Of a DNA stretch of 64,000 nt, positions 10,312 through 19,196 are shown one piece after another; the stretch's first letter is position 1, and each line of letters opens with the position of its first letter. The DNA is from an uncultured Eubacteriales bacterium (GTDB lineage Bacteria > Bacillota > Clostridia > Oscillospirales > Oscillospiraceae). A program made the translations under genes and the position numbers. The DNA is taken from the NCBI GenBank assembly GCA_900317425.1, contig ONGR01000002.1, positions 40,112-104,111 on the forward strand, in the 5' to 3' direction. The notes below the pieces were generated by a model, which was not told the DNA's origin, searched no databases, and saw nothing but the letters and a program-made list of their open reading frames with translations.

Positions 10312-11228
10312 GGATCCTGTTCATGGGAACGCCGGACTTTGCCGTGGCGTCCCTGCGGCGGCTGGTGGAGGACGGCCATGAGATTTGCGGCGTGTTTACC
10401 CAGCCGGACAAGCCCAAAAACCGGGGCCATAAGCTGACGTTCTCCCCGGTAAAGGAGTATGCACTCTCCCAAAACCTGCCGGTTTATCAGCCGCTGAAGA
10501 TGCGGGACGGTACGGCGCTGGAGCTGGTGCGCCAGCTCCAGCCGGAGCTGATCGTTGTGGCAGCCTACGGCAAGCTCCTGCCGGAGGAGATCCTGGATTA
10601 TCCCCGCCTGGGCTCCGTCAACGTCCATTCGTCCATCCTGCCCAAATACCGGGGCGCCGCACCCATCAACTGGGCCATTCTGAACGGCGAGACGGTGACC
10701 GGCGTGACCATCATGTATATGGCCAAGGAGCTGGATGCCGGCGATATCATTCTCTGCAAGAAAACACCGATCGACCCCGAGGAGGATGCTCTGGCGCTGA
10801 CGATGCGCCTGGCGGAGCTGGGAGCGGAAGCACTCAGCGAAGCGGTGGTCCGCCTGGCGGACGGCACCGCCACCCGGACGCCCCAGGATCACAGCGCCTA
10901 CACCTATGCCCCCATGCTGGGGCGGGAACTGTCTGAGATCGACTGGACCCGCAGCGCCCGACAGATCCACGATCAGGTTCGCGGCCTGATCCCCTGGCCC
11001 TGTGCCAAGACGGTGCTGCAGGGCAGCACTGTCAAGGTCTATCGCACCGCGATCGGGGCGGAAACTGCGGCCCGTCCCGGCGCCGTTTTGTCGGCGGGGA
11101 AGAAGGGCATCGAGATCGCCTGCGGCGATGGCAGAAGTCTCTATATCACGGAGCTGCAGGCTGAGGGCGGAAAGCGTATGGCGGCCGCTGCCTATCTGGC
11201 CGGCCACCCTGTTGAATTGACACGATGA
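10308..11228 (+). CDS. fmt: Methionyl-tRNA formyltransferase
   Basis: MRILFMGTPDFAV, HSSILPKYRGAAPINWAI. ATGA overlap with def. Confidence 0.93.
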   Translation: MRILFMGTPDFAVASLRRLVEDGHEICGVFTQPDKPKNRGHKLTFSPVKEYALSQNLPVYQPLKMRDGTALELVRQLQPELIVVAAYGKLLPEEILDYPRLGSVNVHSSILPKYRGAAPINWAILNGETVTGVTIMYMAKELDAGDIILCKKTPIDPEEDALALTMRLAELGAEALSEAVVRLADGTATRTPQDHSAYTYAPMLGRELSEIDWTRSARQIHDQVRGLIPWPCAKTVLQGSTVKVYRTAIGAETAARPGAVLSAGKKGIEIACGDGRSLYITELQAEGGKRMAAAAYLAGHPVELTR

Positions 11229-12577
11229 ACGAAAAAAGAGTTTCCACAGCCCGGGATACCGCGCTGGAGGTATTGATGCAGATATCCGCAGCCAACGCCT
11301 GGTCCGACGGCAGTTTGAAGCGCACCATCGCCAAAAACAAGCTGGACAGCCGGGACGCCGCTCTGGCCACCCGGCTCGCCTACGGCGTCATACAGAACCG
11401 GATCCTGCTGGATTACTATATCGGGTGCTATTGCACCCAGCGGCCCAATCATCTGGAGCCGGTCATTCTGAACATCCTGCGGATCGGCGCCTACCAGATC
11501 CTGTTTATGGACAAGATCCCCCACCGTGCCGCGGTCAACGAGGCGGTGGAGATGGTCAAGTGCCACGGCCGGCCAAAGGCCGCCGGTCTGGTCAACGCCG
11601 TGCTGCGAAAGTTCGTCACCAACTGGCTGGACATGCCCGCCCTGCCGGAGGACTCTGCGGCCCACTATCTCTCCGTGCGGTACAGCCACCCCAGGTGGCT
11701 GGTGCAGCGGCTGCTGGACGAGATCGGACGGGAGGAGACGGAGGCGTTTCTGCGCGGCAACAATGAGATCGTACCCACCACCATCCAGACCAACCGGCTG
11801 AAGATCGGCGATGAGGAGCTGGAGAAAGAGCTGCATATGGAGGACGTCTCCGTGGAGCCGCACCCCTGGCTGACGGGATGCTTTACCGTGTCCGGCACCG
11901 GCGATCTGGAGGGGCTGGCTTCCTTCCGGGAGGGCCATTTCATGGTGCAGGACGCTGCGGCCCGCCTGGTGGCCGTGGCGGCGCAGCCCGAGGCCCGCGA
12001 CCGGGTGCTGGATGTGTGCGCCGCCCCCGGGGGCAAGTCCTTCGCCCTGGCCATCGATATGGGCGACACGGGGGACATCCTGTCCTGCGATATCCATCCC
12101 CACAAGCTGAAGCTGCTGGAGAGCAGCGCTGCCCGATTGGGCATCCACAGTGTGCGCACCGCCCTGGCCGACGGCCGGGAGCCCCACGCGGCGTGGCAGG
12201 GTCAGGCCGACCTGGTCATCGCCGACGTACCCTGCAGCGGATTGGGAATCATCCGGAAAAAACCGGATATCCGCTATAAGAACCCGGATGAACTGGCCAA
12301 CCTTCCGAACATTCAGCGGGCCATTCTGGCCAATGCCGCCACGTACGTCCGCCCCGGCGGCGTGCTGGTTTACTCCACCTGTACGGTGCTGCGGGCGGAG
12401 AACGAGGCGGTGACGGACGAGTTTTTGTCCAGTCATCCGGACTTTGAGAGAGAGAGCTTTACCCTGCCAGGCCCTGTCGGAACGGTGGCCGGTCAGATCA
12501 CCCTGTGGCCCCAGCGCTATGGGACCGACGGGTTCTATATTTGCCGTATGCGCAAAAAGACAGAGGAAACGACATGA
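11225..12577 (+). CDS. rsmB: 16S rRNA (cytosine967-C5)-methyltransferase
   Basis: NusB-like N-domain plus SAM MTase motifs (DVCAAPGGKS, DVPCSGLG, YSTCT). def-fmt-rsmB synteny. Confidence 0.9.
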   Translation: MNEKRVSTARDTALEVLMQISAANAWSDGSLKRTIAKNKLDSRDAALATRLAYGVIQNRILLDYYIGCYCTQRPNHLEPVILNILRIGAYQILFMDKIPHRAAVNEAVEMVKCHGRPKAAGLVNAVLRKFVTNWLDMPALPEDSAAHYLSVRYSHPRWLVQRLLDEIGREETEAFLRGNNEIVPTTIQTNRLKIGDEELEKELHMEDVSVEPHPWLTGCFTVSGTGDLEGLASFREGHFMVQDAAARLVAVAAQPEARDRVLDVCAAPGGKSFALAIDMGDTGDILSCDIHPHKLKLLESSAARLGIHSVRTALADGREPHAAWQGQADLVIADVPCSGLGIIRKKPDIRYKNPDELANLPNIQRAILANAATYVRPGGVLVYSTCTVLRAENEAVTDEFLSSHPDFERESFTLPGPVGTVAGQITLWPQRYGTDGFYICRMRKKTEETT

Positions 12578-13608
12578 TCGATATCAAATCCATGTCTCAG
12601 GAGGAGATGACCGACTTTCTCCGGGAATTGGGAGAGCCGGCTTTCCGGGGCAAGCAGATTTTTACCTGGCTCCATCGGGGAGTGACGTCCTTCGATGACA
12701 TGAGCAACGTGTCCAAGGCCCTGCGGCAGAAGCTGCAGGAGAGGTGCTATATCACAGCGCCTTCCGTGGCCCGCAAGCAGGTCTCCCAGCTGGACGGAAC
12801 CATGAAATACCTCTGGCAGCTGCGGGACGGCAACTGCATCGAGACGGTGCTGATGCGCTATCACCACGGCAACACCGTGTGCATCTCCTCCCAGGTGGGC
12901 TGCCGGATGGGCTGTGCCTTTTGCGCTTCCACCATTGCTGGCAAGGTGAGGGATCTGACGCCCTCGGAGATGCTGGACCAGGTGCTCTTTACCCAGCTGG
13001 ATGCCGGGGAGGAGATCTCCAACATCGTGCTGATGGGCATCGGAGAGCCGATGGACAATCTGGACAACGTACTGAAATTTCTGGAACTGGTGAACCATCC
13101 CGACGGTTTGAACATCGGTATGCGGCACATCAGCCTTTCTACCTGCGGCGTGGTGCCGGGAATTGAAAGACTGGCGGAGCTGCGGCTGCAGCTGACGCTC
13201 TCCGTGTCGCTCCACGCACCGGACAGCGAGACCCGGAGCCGCATCATGCCGGTGAACCGGGCATACGATGTGGAACAATTATTTGACGCCTGCCACCGGT
13301 ATTTTGAGAAGACGGGGCGGCGGATCTCCTTCGAGTACGCCATGATCGACGGCGTGAATGACCACGATTGGCAGGCGGATCTCATCGCCAGGCGCATCCA
13401 CGGGATGCCGGGCCACGTGAATCTGATCCCGCTGAACGACGTGGTGGAGAGTCCGTTCAAGCCAAGCAAGCGGGTGGCGGCCTTTCAGAAACGATTGGAA
13501 TCCCACGGTATCACCGCCACCGTGCGGCGGAGCCTGGGCGGCGATATAGATGCCTCCTGCGGCCAGCTGCGCCGCAAGGCAATGGAAGAGAAAGGGGGGC
13601 TGGCATGA
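12574..13608 (+). CDS. rlmN: 23S rRNA/tRNA (adenine-C2)-methyltransferase, radical SAM
   Basis: CISSQVGCRMGCAFCAS radical-SAM cluster and C-terminal GGDIDASCGQL. ATG 12574 overlaps the rsmB stop. Confidence 0.92.
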   Translation: MIDIKSMSQEEMTDFLRELGEPAFRGKQIFTWLHRGVTSFDDMSNVSKALRQKLQERCYITAPSVARKQVSQLDGTMKYLWQLRDGNCIETVLMRYHHGNTVCISSQVGCRMGCAFCASTIAGKVRDLTPSEMLDQVLFTQLDAGEEISNIVLMGIGEPMDNLDNVLKFLELVNHPDGLNIGMRHISLSTCGVVPGIERLAELRLQLTLSVSLHAPDSETRSRIMPVNRAYDVEQLFDACHRYFEKTGRRISFEYAMIDGVNDHDWQADLIARRIHGMPGHVNLIPLNDVVESPFKPSKRVAAFQKRLESHGITATVRRSLGGDIDASCGQLRRKAMEEKGGLA

Positions 13609-14336
13609 GAATCTGGGGAATCACCGACACCGGCTTGGTGCGGGAGGAGAACCAGGACGCCTATGCCATCAAGACCATCGGTCCGTATACGCTGGCGGTA
13701 GTGTGTGACGGAATGGGCGGTACCCAGGGCGGGCGGCTGGCCAGCAGCACGGCCGTAGACGTCTACCGGGAACAGCTGGAAAACAATCTGAAGGCCGAGA
13801 TGACCGCCGAGCAGGTGAGCCAGACCTCCCAGTTTGCCATCGCTCTGGCCAACGCAGCCATCCGGGAGGAGGCGGCAAAAAACCCCGGCTTCGAGCGGAT
13901 GGGGACCACCTTGGTCTCCGCCATCGCCAGGGACGACATGGCCATGATCAGCAACGTGGGCGACAGCCGGGCTTATCTGATTTCCCGTGAGGGGATCACA
14001 CAGGTCTCCCGGGACCACTCGGTGGTGGAAAACATGGTGGAGCGCGGCGATCTGACGCCCCTTGCCGCGAGGCACCATCCCAGTCGCAATTTGATCACAC
14101 GGGCCCTGGGGCCTGACGCCCAGGTGCAGCCGGATACGTTCGACGTGACGTGGAAACAGGGCGATTACATTCTGCTGTGTTCCGACGGACTGGTGAACAC
14201 CGTGTCCGACCAGGAGATCCTTTTCGAGGTGATCCACGGCGGAGAACCGGACGACTGTTTGGAGCGGCTGGTCTCGCTCTCCAAGGAGCGGGGCGCGCCG
14301 GACAACGTGACGGTCGTTCTGCTGATGAATATTTGA
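13605..14336 (+). CDS. stp: PP2C-family Ser/Thr phosphatase (Stp/PrpC)
   Basis: TDTGLVREENQD, VCDGMGG, GDSRAYL, LLCSDGL and PDNVTVVL motifs. Confidence 0.9.
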   Translation: MRIWGITDTGLVREENQDAYAIKTIGPYTLAVVCDGMGGTQGGRLASSTAVDVYREQLENNLKAEMTAEQVSQTSQFAIALANAAIREEAAKNPGFERMGTTLVSAIARDDMAMISNVGDSRAYLISREGITQVSRDHSVVENMVERGDLTPLAARHHPSRNLITRALGPDAQVQPDTFDVTWKQGDYILLCSDGLVNTVSDQEILFEVIHGGEPDDCLERLVSLSKERGAPDNVTVVLLMNI

Positions 14337-14410
14337 CCGGGGGACTATCGCCCCGCATTTCCACCGGCCGCCGCGGCGGCCTGCGAAGTCAAGGGAAAGG
14401 ATTGGACATC

Positions 14411-16420
14411 ATGATGGATCAGTATATTGGTAAAATGCTGGATAACCGATACGAGCTGCTGGAGCTCATCGGCAGAGGCGGCATGGCCAACGTATATAAA
14501 GCGAAATGCCACCGTCTCAATCGCCTGGTGGCGGTGAAAATTCTTAAGAGCGACCTGGCCGAGAGCGCCGACTTCCGGCGCCGCTTCCGGGATGAGTCCC
14601 TGGCGGTCGCCCAGCTCTCCCACGCCAACATCGTCTCCGTGTACGATGTGTCCCGCAGCGATGATCTGGACTACATCGTCATGGAGCTGATCGACGGCAT
14701 CACGCTGAAGCAGTACATGGAGCGCCGGGGCAAGATGGACTGGCGGGAGGCACTGCACTTTATCACCCAGATCATGCGGGGCCTCAGCCACGCCCACAGC
14801 CGGGGCATCATCCACCGGGATATCAAGCCCCAGAATATCATGGTGCTGCGGGACGGCAGCGTTAAGGTGGCCGATTTCGGCATTGCCTGCCTGGCAAATG
14901 CCAGCCAGACCCTGACCCAGGAGGCGCTGGGCAGCGTGCACTACATCTCCCCGGAGCAGGCCCGGGGCGACCGCACTGACGCCCGTTCCGATATCTACTC
15001 GGCGGGCGTGGTGCTCTATGAGATGCTGACGGGCCGCCTGCCCTTCGAGGGTGACAGCGCCGTGTCCGTGGCCATCCAGCACCTGAGCTCCGTGCCGCTG
15101 GCGCCCCGGGATATCAACCCGGACGTGCCGGAGGGCCTGGAACTGATCACCATGAAGGCCATGAATCCCGACCTTGACAAGCGCTATGCATCCGCTGACG
15201 CCATGCTGGAGGATCTGGAGCGCTTCCGCAAGGATCCCAATGTGGATATGGAGTACATCCGCACGGAGCTGGAGGAGAAGCCCAGTGACGAGCCCACCCA
15301 GCCCATTCCCACGGCCGAGGTGGCCGCCAAGGCCGCCCGGTTCAAGAGACCGGAAAAGGTGCGGCAGGCCGATTCAGAGCTGGACGAGGAGGAAGACAAG
15401 CGGGATAAAAAGCGCATGGCCATCATTCTCGGCGGCTTTGCGGCGGCCCTGCTGGTGATTTTCCTGCTGTTCAAGCTGGTGTTCAGCGGCATGGGAGCCA
15501 ACGGCTCCGAGGCATATGAGGTGCCGGACGTCTTGGGCTATACCGTGGAGCAGGCCATGAATCTGCCGGGTGTGAAGGGGATCTTCGAGATCAAGGAAGT
15601 CGGCACGAAGATCGACACCAAGTATCAGCCGGGACAGATCGTGGAGCAGGATCCTTCGGCGGGACGTATGAGAAAGGGCAATCTCGTCATTAACGTTTAC
15701 GTCTGCGTGGAGGAGGAAAAGGAGCAGATGCCCAACCTGATCGGCATGAACTATCAGGAGGCAAAGACGCAGCTTCTCAACATGAACCTCGGGCTGCGCG
15801 TGACTACAAAAGATGAATTCTCCGACACCTATGCCGAGGGGCAGGTCATCCGCACCTCTCCCGGCACCGGCGCGGAGCTGAATAAGGGCGATTCCGTGGA
15901 GATCACCTACAGCAAGGGCCCGGAGACCAAGTCCGTTACCGTGCCGTCCTTCCTGGGTCAGAGCGTAGATGATGCCGTCGCGCAGGCCGAACAACTGGGC
16001 CTGCGGGTCGGTCAGCATGAGTATATCTACAGTGATGAGCCCGACGGAACGGTCATCGGCCAGAGTCTGGTGGCTACCGACGAGGTGGACGAGGGTACGA
16101 CCATCGTCTTTACGGTGAGCCGCGGACCGAAGACGGTGGAGGTCAGGAGCTATGTCGGCTGGACCCTTGAAGCGGCAAAGGCTGATGCGGAGAGCAAGGG
16201 CCTCCGCGTGGAGGTCACGTACGTGGAATCCAATGAGCCGGCGGGAACCGTATTTGAGCAGGATTACCCGGCGGGAAGCTATGTCAGCGTAGGTACGACT
16301 ATTACCCTGCTGGTGGCAAAAGAGAAGGAGACGCCCGATGATCCCGGTACCGATAATCCCGGTCCTGAAGATCCCAATCCCGGGGATCCTACGCCGCCGG
16401 ATGAGGGGGGCGAAGGTTGA
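14411..16420 (+). CDS. prkC: Ser/Thr protein kinase with PASTA repeats (PrkC)
   Basis: Hanks kinase motifs (VAVKIL, HRDIKPQN, DFGIA, SPEQ), a TM segment, repeated PASTA modules and a Pro-rich tail. Confidence 0.92.
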   Translation: MMDQYIGKMLDNRYELLELIGRGGMANVYKAKCHRLNRLVAVKILKSDLAESADFRRRFRDESLAVAQLSHANIVSVYDVSRSDDLDYIVMELIDGITLKQYMERRGKMDWREALHFITQIMRGLSHAHSRGIIHRDIKPQNIMVLRDGSVKVADFGIACLANASQTLTQEALGSVHYISPEQARGDRTDARSDIYSAGVVLYEMLTGRLPFEGDSAVSVAIQHLSSVPLAPRDINPDVPEGLELITMKAMNPDLDKRYASADAMLEDLERFRKDPNVDMEYIRTELEEKPSDEPTQPIPTAEVAAKAARFKRPEKVRQADSELDEEEDKRDKKRMAIILGGFAAALLVIFLLFKLVFSGMGANGSEAYEVPDVLGYTVEQAMNLPGVKGIFEIKEVGTKIDTKYQPGQIVEQDPSAGRMRKGNLVINVYVCVEEEKEQMPNLIGMNYQEAKTQLLNMNLGLRVTTKDEFSDTYAEGQVIRTSPGTGAELNKGDSVEITYSKGPETKSVTVPSFLGQSVDDAVAQAEQLGLRVGQHEYIYSDEPDGTVIGQSLVATDEVDEGTTIVFTVSRGPKTVEVRSYVGWTLEAAKADAESKGLRVEVTYVESNEPAGTVFEQDYPAGSYVSVGTTITLLVAKEKETPDDPGTDNPGPEDPNPGDPTPPDEGGEG

Positions 16421-17295
16421 GCAGGGGGAGAATTGAGAAGGCCCTCAGCGGCTTCTACTACGTGAACACCGGGGAGGAGACGCTGCAATGCCGGGCCCGG
16501 GGTAAATTCCGCCGCCAGGGGCTCAGTCCCCTGGTGGGAGACTGGGCGGAGGTGCTGCCGCTGGGAAAGGGCGAGGGCATGATCGAGACCATTGAGCCCC
16601 GGAAGAACGAATTTACCCGTCCGGCGGCGGCCAATATCGATCAGCTGGTCATCATTGCCTCCGGCGCCATTCCGGTGACCGATCCCTATCTCATCGACCG
16701 GATCTCCGCCATTGCGGCGCTGAAAAAATGCCGCGTCCTGGTGGTGCTGAATAAGTGCGATCTGGACGAGGCCGAGGAACTCTATGACCTCTACAGCGCA
16801 TCGGCTATTCCGGTGCTCCGCGTCAGCGCGGCGACGGATGAGGGGATGGATAACCTCCGTGCGGCAATCGCTGGAAAGCTGAACACCTTTACAGGGAATT
16901 CCGGCGTGGGAAAGTCCAGTATCCTCAATTCGCTGCTCCCCGACCTGCATCTTCCGGTGGGGGAGGTCAGCAAAGCCCTGGGCCGCGGGCGGCACACCAC
17001 CCGACACGTGGAGCTGTTTCCCCTGGGGAACGACACTTACGTGATCGATACGCCGGGCTTCTCATCCTTCGACACGGATGAGCTGAACCTGGAGCTGAAG
17101 GCCCATCTGCCGGAGACCTTTCCGGAGTTTGCACCCTATCTGGGGAGCTGTCGCTTCGTGGGGTGCAAGCACGTCAAGGAGAAGGGCTGCGCGGTTTTGG
17201 ACGCGGTAGAGCGGGGAGATATCCCGGCGGGGAGGCACAAGAGCTACGTGCGTCTCTTTGAGGAGCTGAAGGACCTGAAAGAATGGGAAAAATAA
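16417..17295 (+). CDS. rsgA: Ribosome small-subunit-dependent GTPase A
   Basis: Circularly permuted GTPase (LNKCDL ... GNSGVGKSS) and zinc knuckle CRFVGCKHVKEKGC. Follows prkC as in Bacillus. Confidence 0.92.
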   Translation: MSRGRIEKALSGFYYVNTGEETLQCRARGKFRRQGLSPLVGDWAEVLPLGKGEGMIETIEPRKNEFTRPAAANIDQLVIIASGAIPVTDPYLIDRISAIAALKKCRVLVVLNKCDLDEAEELYDLYSASAIPVLRVSAATDEGMDNLRAAIAGKLNTFTGNSGVGKSSILNSLLPDLHLPVGEVSKALGRGRHTTRHVELFPLGNDTYVIDTPGFSSFDTDELNLELKAHLPETFPEFAPYLGSCRFVGCKHVKEKGCAVLDAVERGDIPAGRHKSYVRLFEELKDLKEWEK

Positions 17296-17296
17296 G

Positions 17297-17328
17297 AACG
17301 CAGGGGCGTGACGCCCCTGCGTTTTTTT
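17297..17328 (+). terminator. Rho-independent terminator after rsgA
   Basis: CGCAGGGGC / GCCCCTGCG stem followed by T7. Confidence 0.8.
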
Positions 17329-17336
17329 CATATACT
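17311..17336 (+). promoter_or_regulatory. Candidate mother-cell (sigma-E/K-like) promoter for the small-ORF/spoVM unit
   Basis: AC (17311-17312), 16 nt, CATATACT (17329-17336), placed 29 nt upstream of ATG 17358. The motif is loose. Confidence 0.3.
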
Positions 17337-17357
17337 GATGGTAGAGGAGGGGCCGAC

Positions 17358-17516
17358 ATGAGAAGGGGAGGCTGCGGATCGACCGTCGGTCTGTGTGCGC
17401 TGGGCCTGGGATTGGGGATCCTGATTGCCGCGTTTTTTCCGGTGGGGTTTCTGATGTTCCTGGTGGCGTTTATGCTGATCGTTTGCGGGATCGTTTGCTT
17501 GTGCGACAGGAGGTAA
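17358..17516 (+). CDS. Small (52 aa) Cys-rich two-TM membrane protein
   Basis: GAGGAGG SD 7 nt upstream of the ATG. Hydrophobic sequence MRRGGCGSTVGLCALGLGLGILIAAFFPVGFLMFLVAFMLIVCGIVCLCDRR. Its stop lies inside AGGAGGTAAccATG of spoVM. Confidence 0.5.
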   Translation: MRRGGCGSTVGLCALGLGLGILIAAFFPVGFLMFLVAFMLIVCGIVCLCDRR

Positions 17517-17518
17517 CC

Positions 17519-17593
17519 ATGAAAATTGTTGTGTGGAAGGCGCCGAGGTTCTTGCGCGGATTGCTGCGTACGATTTTCGGCGTACATGAATAA
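17519..17593 (+). CDS. spoVM: Stage V sporulation protein M (24 aa amphipathic peptide)
   Basis: MKIVVWKAPRFLRGLLRTIFGVHE aligns with B. subtilis SpoVM MKFYTIKLPKFLGGIVRAMLGSFRKD. Perfect AGGAGG SD. prkC-rsgA...spoVM synteny as in Bacillus. Confidence 0.8.
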   Translation: MKIVVWKAPRFLRGLLRTIFGVHE

Positions 17594-17600
17594 ATGCGGA

Positions 17601-17648
17601 TTTGCCCTCATATTCTTCCAACAAATACTGGAAGAATGTGAGGGCAAA
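17601..17648 (+). promoter_or_regulatory. 20-bp stem-loop between spoVM and the sipL-like gene; the 3' arm contains the downstream SD
   Basis: TTTGCCCTCATATTCTTCCA / TGGAAGAATGTGAGGGCAAA with one G-U pair and an 8-nt loop. No U-tract. GAGGG (17640-17644) precedes ATG 17652. Confidence 0.6.
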
Positions 17649-17651
17649 CTG

Positions 17652-19145
17652 ATGGATCTGGAACTGACATTTGAGGAGATCACCGGCTTTGAGCCGACGG
17701 GAGACCTGGTGGTCACCCATGAGGAGTCTATGGAGACGGCTATCCCGGAATACTGCCCGGATCTGGCCCGGATCGTGGACTCGGTGGGACAGGTCCGGCT
17801 GCGGGAAAAGACGCTGACAGACGGAAAGCTGACCATCGGCGGCAACATCCGTGTTACGGTACTCTATACCTCGGAGGAAAACCCGGGCCTGCGCAGCTTG
17901 ACACTCTCTGTACCGTTTTCCTGCAAAGTGGAGGACAAGAGAGACTGCCAGGCCATCCGGGTGGACAGCAGACTCCTGCTGCTGGAGGCCAAGATGCTGG
18001 GGGCCAGAAAGCTCTACGTGCGGGCGCTGCCGGAGTTCCGGGTAAAGGGGTACCGGAGGGCGGTGCGCCGGCTCTGCACCGGGGTGAGGGATGACACCGC
18101 GCTGCAGATGCGGCGGAATCAGGCCATGCTGAACGTGATGACTGACGTGTGGGAGAGGGAGTTCAACGTGGCCCAGGAGATCCCGTTGGAGGAGGGACAG
18201 GGCCAGGCGGAGGATCTGCTGATGGACCGCATTTTCCTGCGGATGAACGCCTGTCAGCATTTCGGAAACAAACTGGTGATCAAGGGTGAGGCGGTGCTGT
18301 CGCTTCTGTTTCGCGGCGAGGGACAGCAGCTGGGCAGCAGAGAACTGACACTGCCGTTTTCCCAGATCATCGACGGGGAGGACCTGCCGGAGGATGCCAG
18401 CTTTGCCTGTACGGCGCAGATCATGGAGGAGGAGGTGCATCCGGTCCGCACGGAAAACGGCAGCGGAATCGGCGTGACGCTCCGGGTGGCGCTGATGATC
18501 CATACATACCGCCAGTGCACGGTGGACTATGTGGCGGATCTGTACAGCACGCGTTACAACACGCTGGCTACGCAGCAGACCATCGAACTCCCCACAGACC
18601 AGCCGCCGGAGGATATCCGCCGCGACACGGCCCAGCGGCTGGAGGGGGCCGGGGCGTTCGTCTACATGACCGACGCGGACAGCACTCAGCCGGAGCTGAC
18701 CACGGAAGGCGACCGTCCGGCGGCGCGCTGCACCGTCCACATGAAGGTGCTCTATCTGGATGAGGCGGGGACACCGGTCATCGCCGAGCGCTCCGGGGAG
18801 GTGAGCACGGAGTTGGCACAGATGCCGTCCTCCGTTGAGACGGAGATCGAGCCGGAGCTCTGGCAGCACAGCGGCAGCGGATATGAGGTGCGCGTCCCGG
18901 TCCTGTTCCGCCTGCACCACAGTGGGGAGGAGGAGATCACGGCTCTGACCGCCGTGCAGCAGCTGGAGGAGATCGACCGAACGGCCATGCCCTCTCTCGT
19001 GCTGCGCCGCCTGCGCCAGGGGGAGACGCTGTGGGACGTGGCAAAGCAGTGCAGGACGGAGGAGCAGGCCATTCTGGCGGCCAACGAGCTGGAACAGGGG
19101 AGTGATCTGACAGACACCATGCTGCTGATCCCCAAGGTGAGATAG
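17652..19145 (+). CDS. SPOCS(DUF3794)/LysM protein, SipL-like spore-coat morphogenetic protein
   Basis: About 500 aa with a C-terminal LysM (GETLWDVAKQCRTEEQAILAANEL...LLIPK). Size and architecture resemble clostridial SipL. Adjacent to spoVM. Confidence 0.6.
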   Translation: MDLELTFEEITGFEPTGDLVVTHEESMETAIPEYCPDLARIVDSVGQVRLREKTLTDGKLTIGGNIRVTVLYTSEENPGLRSLTLSVPFSCKVEDKRDCQAIRVDSRLLLLEAKMLGARKLYVRALPEFRVKGYRRAVRRLCTGVRDDTALQMRRNQAMLNVMTDVWEREFNVAQEIPLEEGQGQAEDLLMDRIFLRMNACQHFGNKLVIKGEAVLSLLFRGEGQQLGSRELTLPFSQIIDGEDLPEDASFACTAQIMEEEVHPVRTENGSGIGVTLRVALMIHTYRQCTVDYVADLYSTRYNTLATQQTIELPTDQPPEDIRRDTAQRLEGAGAFVYMTDADSTQPELTTEGDRPAARCTVHMKVLYLDEAGTPVIAERSGEVSTELAQMPSSVETEIEPELWQHSGSGYEVRVPVLFRLHHSGEEEITALTAVQQLEEIDRTAMPSLVLRRLRQGETLWDVAKQCRTEEQAILAANELEQGSDLTDTMLLIPKVR

Positions 19146-19157
19146 AAGGGATAAAAA

Positions 19158-19188
19158 GGAAGCACCGGCGTATCACGCCGGTGCTTCC
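19158..19188. terminator. Bidirectional terminator shared by the sipL-like gene (+) and rnpB (-)
   Basis: Perfect 13-bp stem GGAAGCACCGGCG/CGCCGGTGCTTCC. The A-run upstream gives a U-tract on the minus strand. A T-rich stretch follows downstream. Confidence 0.75.
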
Positions 19189-19196
19189 GTATTTAT

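Noticed and set aside
14366-14381. Perfect 16-nt GC palindrome GGCCGCCGCGGCGGCC in the stp-prkC spacer
   Set aside because: It is short, has no loop and no U-tract, and consists of GC-only sequence that is likely to arise by chance in this composition. It has no second copy in the window.
12505-14410. Long N-terminal extensions on the ORF-track entries for rlmN (12505), stp (13368) and prkC (14150)
   Set aside because: The extensions overlap the preceding genes and translate to Arg/Gly-rich non-homologous sequence. Internal ATGs at 12574, 13605 and 14411 give the family-typical N-termini and operon-style overlaps.
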